A DNA stretch of 49,761 bases, taken from sequence record SRR22947725_1597; one strand, written 5' to 3'. Of the stretch, positions 1-7,360 are shown piece by piece. A program made the translations under genes and the position numbers. Every line of letters starts with the position of its first letter. Positions within the stretch are counted from its first letter, which is position 1. The notes under the pieces are model-generated. The model was given only the letters and a program-made list of their open reading frames with translations, searched no databases and was not told the origin of the DNA.

Positions 1-1054
1 CCAATCCGCAGCAATGCGTGATGTAAGACGGCTCATAGATATTGCAGCTCCAGCCAAGACAACCATTCTCGTGCTTGGAGCAACCGGTACCGGCAAAGAA
101 CTCGTCGCCCGCAGCATCCATAAATTTTCGGCAAGAAAAGGCGATTTGATCTCGATCAATTGCTCGGCTATTCCAGCTGAATTGTTAGAGTCGGAACTGT
201 TTGGCTATGAAAAAGGGGCTTTTACCGGCGCTGAGAAAACCCGCCAAGGCCGATTTGAGATGGCTTCCGGCGGCACATTATTTCTCGATGAAATCGGTGA
301 TATGCCATTGCCACTGCAAGCAAAGTTGTTGCGGGCGATTGAAACCCGCACCATCCAACGCGTTGGTGGTGGAAAGGATATCCCGATTGACCTTCGGCTT
401 GTTTGCGCAACACATCAAAACATCGAAGCCGATATCGAAGCTGGTAAATTTCGCGCCGATCTATTTTACCGGATCAATGTCTTCCCGATCAAATTACCCG
501 CACTTGTGGAACGCGCGGTTGATATTCCACAAATCGTCGTTGCCTTGAAAAGGGCTATGGAAAACCAAGATAATAATGGCCCCCTTCCCGAATTTGGCGA
601 GAGCGCCTTGCAGGAATTTATGCGTTATCCTTGGCCGGGTAATGTGCGCGAATTGCGCAATGTAATTGAACGCGCCTGCCTATTATATCCGGGAAGCAAG
701 CTTGAGGCAAAGCATGTGCGCAATCATTTGCTGCGTTTGCGAGCGCCCGACCCTGCCGAAGAGCAAGACGCGCTGTGGGCGGCATCAGCCGATCTTGAGC
801 AGGCTGACATTGCCGACAATGAAACTAACAACGATACCCCTTTACCCCACCCAAGCCATTATCGGGACTGGTTCGCATATTTTGACACCATAGACGTAAG
901 GCGGCATCTTCAGGATATTGAGATTATACTGATTGAGGCAGCGTTGGAGAAATCCGATGGTATGATCAGCCATGCAGCAGATGCGTTAAAACTTCGTAGA
1001 ACAACACTTATAGAAAAGATGAAAAAATTCATGATCGAAAAACCGGTATCATGA
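1..1054 (+). CDS. fleQ: Sigma54-dependent enhancer-binding protein, FleQ/FlrA-like flagellar regulator (5' end probably outside window)
   Basis: Walker A GATGTGKE, ESELFG, GAFTGA, LFLDEIGD, WPGNVRELRN, C-terminal HTH (AADALKLRRTTLIEKM). Frame is open upstream of ATG 14 (QSAAMR). Flagellar context. Confidence 0.8.
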   Translation, partial: QSAAMRDVRRLIDIAAPAKTTILVLGATGTGKELVARSIHKFSARKGDLISINCSAIPAELLESELFGYEKGAFTGAEKTRQGRFEMASGGTLFLDEIGDMPLPLQAKLLRAIETRTIQRVGGGKDIPIDLRLVCATHQNIEADIEAGKFRADLFYRINVFPIKLPALVERAVDIPQIVVALKRAMENQDNNGPLPEFGESALQEFMRYPWPGNVRELRNVIERACLLYPGSKLEAKHVRNHLLRLRAPDPAEEQDALWAASADLEQADIADNETNNDTPLPHPSHYRDWFAYFDTIDVRRHLQDIEIILIEAALEKSDGMISHAADALKLRRTTLIEKMKKFMIEKPVS

Positions 1055-1111
1055 TTTGCAAATACGCGACAGGTTAAAGCACGAGCGGTAGCAAGTTAGC
1101 CGAGTGTGCTG

Positions 1112-1402
1112 TTAATAATCCATGTACGCGCGTTTAGCTTTAAGTGAACGGCTGGTGTGCTTGCTAATCAGGCTCATATCTTCTTGAACTTTTTGGATCA
1201 GTTTAGCATTGTCCCGCGCGCACTCTTCTACCAGTGTGAAAAAGCCAGCGTGGATTGATTGATTATCCATCAGACATATGTCTTTTAATATCTCTTGGCG
1301 CGCACGATCTAGAGCGGTCGCCCGTGGGTAGTCTTGCTCAGCTATAGCTGACGCAATATGGCCATTCAACATCTGGAATTGTTGAGCAATGTCGTTTGTC
1401 AT
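1112..1402 (-). CDS. Small helical protein, possibly FliT-like chaperone
   Basis: 96 aa, overlaps fliS stop (ATGA-type coupling), helical pattern (DYPRATALDRARQEIL). Position downstream of fliS is typical of fliT. Confidence 0.5.
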   Translation of the reverse strand: MTNDIAQQFQMLNGHIASAIAEQDYPRATALDRARQEILKDICLMDNQSIHAGFFTLVEECARDNAKLIQKVQEDMSLISKHTSRSLKAKRAYMDY

Positions 1403-1800
1403 TTACTAACCTCTGCGCCAATAGCTTGCCACGCATCCCGAATTTCGCTCAGCGCTTGCTTCGCCTTTGGTGTACCCTCGGCGGTTCCTTTACCTAGGTC
1501 TGAAATCAACTGTTGACGGGCAAATTCGTACAATTGGAATAAGTTTGTTGCAATTGGTTCACCCTTTTCAAAATCAAGCGATGATTGGAGCGCATAAATG
1601 ATTGTCAGGGCTCGCGCAAAATGCTTTGACTTTTGCTCTTGATCACCACCATTCCTCACATCAATGTTATCTTCAAATATCTGCATGGACTTCAAAAGCC
1701 CATCAAGGATGGTCAGTACTATGAGGTGTGGGTTATTCATTTCCTCAAGAGCTTGCCGTTCTGCGTTCTGGTAGGCCTTGGTCATGTTTTGGTAGTTCAT
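1399..1800 (-). CDS. fliS: Flagellin chaperone FliS
   Basis: AYQ near N-terminus, PHLIVLTILDG, LQSSLDFEKGEPIATNLFQLYEF, EIRDAW. Confidence 0.92.
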   Translation of the reverse strand: MNYQNMTKAYQNAERQALEEMNNPHLIVLTILDGLLKSMQIFEDNIDVRNGGDQEQKSKHFARALTIIYALQSSLDFEKGEPIATNLFQLYEFARQQLISDLGKGTAEGTPKAKQALSEIRDAWQAIGAEVSK

Positions 1801-1858
1801 TTGAGATTACCCACGTATTGAATTGCTTTTATTGCAAAAAAAATGCTAACTTTTTCGC

Positions 1859-2233
1859 ATGTTTATACCGCCAGCCACCGAAATAAGCCCAGCTCGACAA
1901 CGTCAGGCTGAAAACGGCCTGAGTGAGGGCCTTCGAGGCACTGCAGCCACTACATCTGCAAGCCTTGTGCCAACCCTGCGCCAAACAGTTAGCGGTGTGG
2001 AGGTAATTCACCCTAGCTCAAACTTGCCTCAAAATTACCATTCAATGCCACAGGCTCGTATTTATCACCCAAAGCAAGCACCATCAGCCGTTATGTCGGA
2101 GAATTTTCTTACAGCTCGAGCAGCGCTTAACCCCGGGTTTATACAAAATGTTGCACAGACAAATATTGCGCGGGTATCTAATTTGTATCGCGACATCCCA
2201 GAGTTCAAAAATGATCTGGATATCCTTGTCTAA
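1859..2233 (+). CDS. Hypothetical protein
   Basis: 124-aa ORF filling the gap between fliS and the giant flagellin; ends LDILV; no family recognised. Confidence 0.5.
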   Translation: MFIPPATEISPARQRQAENGLSEGLRGTAATTSASLVPTLRQTVSGVEVIHPSSNLPQNYHSMPQARIYHPKQAPSAVMSENFLTARAALNPGFIQNVAQTNIARVSNLYRDIPEFKNDLDILV

Positions 2234-2265
2234 CTAATCGGTGCAGCCTTATCATTAACCAATAA

Positions 2266-5200
2266 TTAAATCAGCATATCAATCAAGCTCCGCTTTTGCG
2301 CTGATGCCAACGAAATCATCTCTGACGCCGCACCAGCCAAAATTTGTTGTTTTGCCAGACGAGACGCTTCGCTAGCCACATCAGCATCAAAAATACGGCC
2401 GCGCGCAATTTGTGTTTGCATTAGCACCGCAGACAAACGCTCTACATTAGAGATAAGCTGCACCTTCTTGGCGCCAAGAATGACTTGAGTTTTACTCATC
2501 CGGTCGATCACGGACCCAATTGAAAACATTGCCTCTCGAGCACCAGCAGCGGTGCTAATATCAACTGACGCCAAAACAAGATCCGTATCGTCTGAGTAGT
2601 CATTCAACAGAGTGACACTCAGTCGATCAGTGTATGTTGTTACCAGGTCGGAATGTGTGTAAATGACATCCATGTCAAATGTCGTCTGCCCATTATCAAA
2701 ATCAACATCATACGACGAAATGCTCTGAATGTTGCCCGAAGCATCAATCTCAAAGTAAACGTGATCATTGGCACCATTCACTGTTGCTGTTGCTACTGTA
2801 AAATTGCCACTGTAGCCGTCTGAACTCGCATACTCATTTAGGTGGGACATCAGCGTATTAGCAATAGTAATTGTTTCAGCTTCTCTTACCGAGACATTGG
2901 TTTGCGAAATCTGATAAGTCGTTTCTGTCAGATTCAGTGTAACAGCCTCGGTGTGGATAATTCCATCTGCAGTATACAGAATGTTAAAATTGTATGAGCT
3001 TTGGGTTAAGTATCTCAACTCGCCAGTACTTGTTATATTTCCACTTGCGTCCACACTAAAACTGGCCGCATCAGTTCCAGTTATCGAGTATGTCCCTGCT
3101 GGTGATCCAGGATTTCGAGAGGCGTATGTTGCGGTACTCGTGAATTCACTTGCCGTAATTGTCAACGACTCTGTTTCCTCTGCTGTAACCGTGGCTGTTG
3201 ATGTCAGAGTATCATTAAGCGTCAGCGTGATTGTATCAACAAATGTGTCGCTTCCAGATGCTGCAGTTTCGGTGTAGGACAGGGTGAACACGTAAGTATC
3301 TTGCGTGCTGTAATCGAGCGCCCCGTTTGATTCAATATTGCCATCACTATTAATGGTAAAGCTGGCGCCATCAGTCCCCCCAATCGAGAAGGTGCCATTC
3401 GTACCATCACGCGATGCAAAGCCGCGGATTTTCGTCAGATCATCAAGGTAAATCGTAATCAGGTCAGACTCGTCAGCATTGAATGTCGAGGTGCCTTGCA
3501 ACGCCTCAGTCAGCTCTATGGTAATGGTCTCGCTATGTGTCACACCAAATCCATCCAGGTAATCAAGTGTAAGCGAGTAAGTCGATTTATCAGCCTGAAC
3601 CAGCGACTGCCCGGCTTTGGTGGCAATCTCGCCGGTAGAAGCATTCACATCAAAATAGCTAGCATCAGTGCCAGACAAGCTGAATGTGCCACCCGGTTTC
3701 TCTGTCTGATAGTTTTGCGAACTTGTGAGCTGTGCAATCGGGATGGTTAGGCTTTCGGTTTCCTCGGTGGTGATTGTTGCCGTAGAGGTCAATGTATCGG
3801 TGAGTGTCAGCGAAATGCTCTCGACGAATGTCCGACCATCTGAAGCCAGATAATTAAGATTAAAACTATAGCTTTGTTGGGTGTCATAATCCAATGCGCT
3901 ATTCGATGTTATTTCACCATCGCCATCCACGGTGAACAACAAATGATCACCGCCGCTTGATGACAAGCTGTAGGTGCCCGCATTACGGTCACGACCGGCA
4001 AAATCGCTGATATGGCTTGATGGGGTGATATCAACACCGCCTGACTCGGCAGCGGTTAGTGTCTGCGAAGACTCCAGTGTTTCAGTAATCCTCAGATTGA
4101 CCGTTTCGGTAGAGGTAAGACCACCCAACGTATAAACCACATTGAAGTCATATGTATCATAGTAATTGTAGACATTGCTCGACCCGATACGCAAAGACAC
4201 GCCGGCGGCATTTGTCACAACGCCGGTGTTGCTGATATTGAAACTGCCCGCATTGGTTCCGGTCAAACTATAGGTGCCACCAGTGCCATTGGTAGAGACA
4301 AATGAGGCTGTTTCGGTAAAGTTTGCAGCCGCGATGGTTAACGCATCTGTTTCTTCGGCAGTTATGTTTGTGACTGATGAGGTTGATGTTGGATCAGGAA
4401 TGGTGATGGTCACAGTCTCGGTGAAAACCGTGCCGCCCACGCTATAGAGAACGTCAAAAATGTGGCTCGCTTCGACACTGTAATCAAGCGCCGCATTTGA
4501 GGTTATTTGACCGGTGCTGCTGTTAATGGTGAAATCCAGATAATCATTGGGATCAGCTGAATTTGACGCGAGGCTCCAGCTGCCGCCAGTATTCGCCTGT
4601 GCAAATGTGTAAATTTTCGATAAGGCATTATTGCTTGGTGTGATGGTAACCGGGCTGCCATCAACAACCGAAATGCCGGACTCGGCCTGTAATGCCTGCG
4701 TCAGACTAATGGTGATGGTATCGCTGTGCGTAACCCCGCCAACCGTGTAATCAAGGCTAACTGTGCGAGTTGCCCCCTCCGCCAGATACATGCCGGTTGT
4801 AGACACTAAATTATTGCTGCCATCGAGTGTGAAGTCACCAGCATTGGCTCCGCTTAGCGCAAAACTGCCGCCAGGGTTGCGCGCCACAAAATCAAGTGTG
4901 CCGGCAAGATCAGCAAAGTTGATCGTCAGCTGATCCGTTTCCTCGGCCGTCACCGATGTCGATGATGTCAGCGTGTCCAGCAAATTTAATACAATCGAAT
5001 TGGTATAGGTGTTGGCGCCCACGTTATACAAAACGTCAAAATTATAGACCGACTGTGTATCAAAATCCAAGGCGGCAGAGGTGATTGCACCGGTGCTGGC
5101 ATTGATTGAGAAATTGGCATAGTCAGAACCGGTGTTGGCGATGCTGAATGTCCCGCCGCCATTGGCGCTGACATAGCTGGCCAATTCCGACATATCAGAC

Positions 5201-7119
5201 AGCGCAATGCTTACAGAGTTGGATTCTTGCGCATATGCAGTTGTCGTTGCAAACAATGCCGGGGTCAGATCAACCGTCACCGACTCTTTGTGATATCCCC
5301 CATCTGACCGCGTGTAGGTCACATCAAAGCTATATGAGGTTTTGACAGAACGCAGTAATGCAGATGAGGTAATATCACCTGTTGTCTGGTCAATTGAGAA
5401 ATAACTGGCGTCAGTGCCACTTAGCGTATAGCTGCCAGCGTTGCTGTCACCAGTGGCCGCTGAATCAAGACTAACCAATAATGCCCGTGCGATTGAAACA
5501 GCAGATGATTCTTGTGCTTCCAGCGTTGTTGATGCGGTGGATGTTTTTGAATCACCGCCGGTATCAGTGACGCTGAGATTGCTGACAATCACCTCAGAGC
5601 CAACAATTGTCCCACCATCATTATCAAAGGCACCACTAACAAACACAAATTTGTACAAACCATCAATGCCAGCGCCCAAGGTTTCAGACACTGAGATGGT
5701 ACCCGTGCTACCGCTGGCATTATGCGTATAATCGGTCAACTCGATGGTTGTCCCATCAGATGTGTTCAGCAAATAGGCATAGACATCAGCATAATCGCCG
5801 GCTGACCCAACGCCGGTAAACTCCCAATCAAATGACACAACATCACCAGTGTTCAACGAAATAGCATCTGAACTGATCATTGCCGGGCCATGCACAATAC
5901 CCTTGCTCACGGTTTTGATCTCGTTGGTGGACAAAGTCATGCTGCCTGCCGCTGCACTGTAGTCCCAGTCAATCGAACTGTTGCCAAGGCTGGTGGCAAT
6001 TTGCCCTGTGTTGCCATCTCCAACGCTTCCAACTGGGTCACTATCGGTTGGCGTTGCAAATCCCCCGATCTGTGCAGTCACCGATCCACTGCTGCCTAAC
6101 TCAATCTGAGACTGCACAATATCCCAACCAGAATTAAAAACGCCCCCAGCAAAATTAAGCGTGTCGAGCACCGAGGCGGTTGTTACAGACGCAGTCGAAC
6201 TTGCCGGGATACCAGTCGTGCTTGATGTTGGGTCAGCCCATCTGTCTGATGGATCAGTCACGGCTGATGAAGACAGGTAATCCAGCGCCGCAGATGTTTT
6301 CGTGGCGGTGTTCGTTGGCAATATGGTCCGTGATGACGCACCATATCCAACCGTACTGCCACCGCTTGTTGCGGCGAGCGTTGTGACTGTTGAATTTGCT
6401 GCTGGCACATCAAGGCTTGATGAACCGCTAGCCCTGCTGTCATCAGGCGTATCAAATTCAGATGTCGCTGCGGCGGTTGATGAAGACAAATAATCAAGAA
6501 CAGATGAACCAGACGCGCGGCTTGTAGCCGGCACATCGAACGCTGAAATTGCAGATCCCGTTTGTGCTGGTCGGAGCACCTCAAGAGAGGAACCAGCTGC
6601 CGCCGCAGTTGCCGCAATCGGCGTAGCAGTCTCAACTCCATCAATTGCAATTGAGAGCGTTTCTGACACCGTGTTACCAATCTGCATGGTTGTATCCAGC
6701 GTACCGTCCAGAAGACCAATTTTGTTAAAGTTTGTGCTCTCGGCAATCCTCAGCAATTCAGCATTGAGAGCATTCACCTCTAACTGTGCCGCGGCACGGT
6801 CAGTTACACTCAAATGCCCATTACTGTTTTGCACCGCTAATTCACGTACCCGTTGGGCGATGGCCGATGTTGTCTGCAAGCCAGCGGACGCAGTGTCAAA
6901 CAGGGAGATGGCATCCATTGTATTTTTGATAGCCACAGAAAGCCCAGCAATTTGGCTGTCCATTTTTGAAACAACGGCCATACCAGCACTATCATCAGCG
7001 GCCGAGTTAATGCGCGCGCCCGAAGACAGCCGCTGGACGGCTGTTTCGACAGCATTGCTGGCGGTTAGCAAATTATGCCGACCAACCAAACTTCCAAAAT
7101 TTCTATTCACAGAAATCAA
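2266..7119 (-). CDS. Giant flagellin (1617 aa) with putative jelly-roll domain and ten cadherin-like repeats
   Basis: N-terminal RLSSGARINSAADDSAG, QRVRELAVQ, TNFNKIGLLDG, QIGN. C-terminal GRIFDADVASEASRLAKQQIL. TTG start with AAGGAG RBS 9 nt upstream. Confidence 0.9.
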   Translation of the reverse strand: MISVNRNFGSLVGRHNLLTASNAVETAVQRLSSGARINSAADDSAGMAVVSKMDSQIAGLSVAIKNTMDAISLFDTASAGLQTTSAIAQRVRELAVQNSNGHLSVTDRAAAQLEVNALNAELLRIAESTNFNKIGLLDGTLDTTMQIGNTVSETLSIAIDGVETATPIAATAAAAGSSLEVLRPAQTGSAISAFDVPATSRASGSSVLDYLSSSTAAATSEFDTPDDSRASGSSSLDVPAANSTVTTLAATSGGSTVGYGASSRTILPTNTATKTSAALDYLSSSAVTDPSDRWADPTSSTTGIPASSTASVTTASVLDTLNFAGGVFNSGWDIVQSQIELGSSGSVTAQIGGFATPTDSDPVGSVGDGNTGQIATSLGNSSIDWDYSAAAGSMTLSTNEIKTVSKGIVHGPAMISSDAISLNTGDVVSFDWEFTGVGSAGDYADVYAYLLNTSDGTTIELTDYTHNASGSTGTISVSETLGAGIDGLYKFVFVSGAFDNDGGTIVGSEVIVSNLSVTDTGGDSKTSTASTTLEAQESSAVSIARALLVSLDSAATGDSNAGSYTLSGTDASYFSIDQTTGDITSSALLRSVKTSYSFDVTYTRSDGGYHKESVTVDLTPALFATTTAYAQESNSVSIALSDMSELASYVSANGGGTFSIANTGSDYANFSINASTGAITSAALDFDTQSVYNFDVLYNVGANTYTNSIVLNLLDTLTSSTSVTAEETDQLTINFADLAGTLDFVARNPGGSFALSGANAGDFTLDGSNNLVSTTGMYLAEGATRTVSLDYTVGGVTHSDTITISLTQALQAESGISVVDGSPVTITPSNNALSKIYTFAQANTGGSWSLASNSADPNDYLDFTINSSTGQITSNAALDYSVEASHIFDVLYSVGGTVFTETVTITIPDPTSTSSVTNITAEETDALTIAAANFTETASFVSTNGTGGTYSLTGTNAGSFNISNTGVVTNAAGVSLRIGSSNVYNYYDTYDFNVVYTLGGLTSTETVNLRITETLESSQTLTAAESGGVDITPSSHISDFAGRDRNAGTYSLSSSGGDHLLFTVDGDGEITSNSALDYDTQQSYSFNLNYLASDGRTFVESISLTLTDTLTSTATITTEETESLTIPIAQLTSSQNYQTEKPGGTFSLSGTDASYFDVNASTGEIATKAGQSLVQADKSTYSLTLDYLDGFGVTHSETITIELTEALQGTSTFNADESDLITIYLDDLTKIRGFASRDGTNGTFSIGGTDGASFTINSDGNIESNGALDYSTQDTYVFTLSYTETAASGSDTFVDTITLTLNDTLTSTATVTAEETESLTITASEFTSTATYASRNPGSPAGTYSITGTDAASFSVDASGNITSTGELRYLTQSSYNFNILYTADGIIHTEAVTLNLTETTYQISQTNVSVREAETITIANTLMSHLNEYASSDGYSGNFTVATATVNGANDHVYFEIDASGNIQSISSYDVDFDNGQTTFDMDVIYTHSDLVTTYTDRLSVTLLNDYSDDTDLVLASVDISTAAGAREAMFSIGSVIDRMSKTQVILGAKKVQLISNVERLSAVLMQTQIARGRIFDADVASEASRLAKQQILAGAASEMISLASAQKRSLIDMLI
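2600..5535 (-). repeat. Ten ~95-105 aa cadherin-like repeats in the giant flagellin (approximate bounds)
   Basis: Recurring xEExxxxTI...G(T/S)(Y/F)SLSGTDAxxFxI(N/D)xxTGxIT...LD(Y/F)xxxxxY motifs. Confidence 0.8.
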
Positions 7120-7141
7120 GACGCATTACTCCTTATACGGA

Positions 7142-7169
7142 ATAACGACTTAACTATCATTTATATAGT
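7142..7169 (-). promoter_or_regulatory. Putative sigma28 (FliA) promoter of giant flagellin
   Basis: Minus strand ACTATA-N14-GTCGTTAT; -10 matches the motif at other flagellin genes, -35 has one mismatch. Confidence 0.55.
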
Positions 7170-7360
7170 TGATATTGAGATATTTTTTGCCTTATTTGAC
7201 TGCTGCCTTGCCAGGCAAATATTTCATTTTTTCAGCCAATTTTGGTCTCTATTAGTTTTCAAAAGCCAAGGCATCTGATACGCATTCATTCTTAAAAAAA
7301 ATTCAATCATGTGGTTAAATACAAACTATTGATTCTCATTTTAAACTTTGTTGATTCCTC

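Noticed and set aside
1833-1848. Sigma54-like box upstream of fliS (TAGCAT-N5-TTGCA on minus strand)
   Set aside because: Invariant GG is AG; too weak to call.
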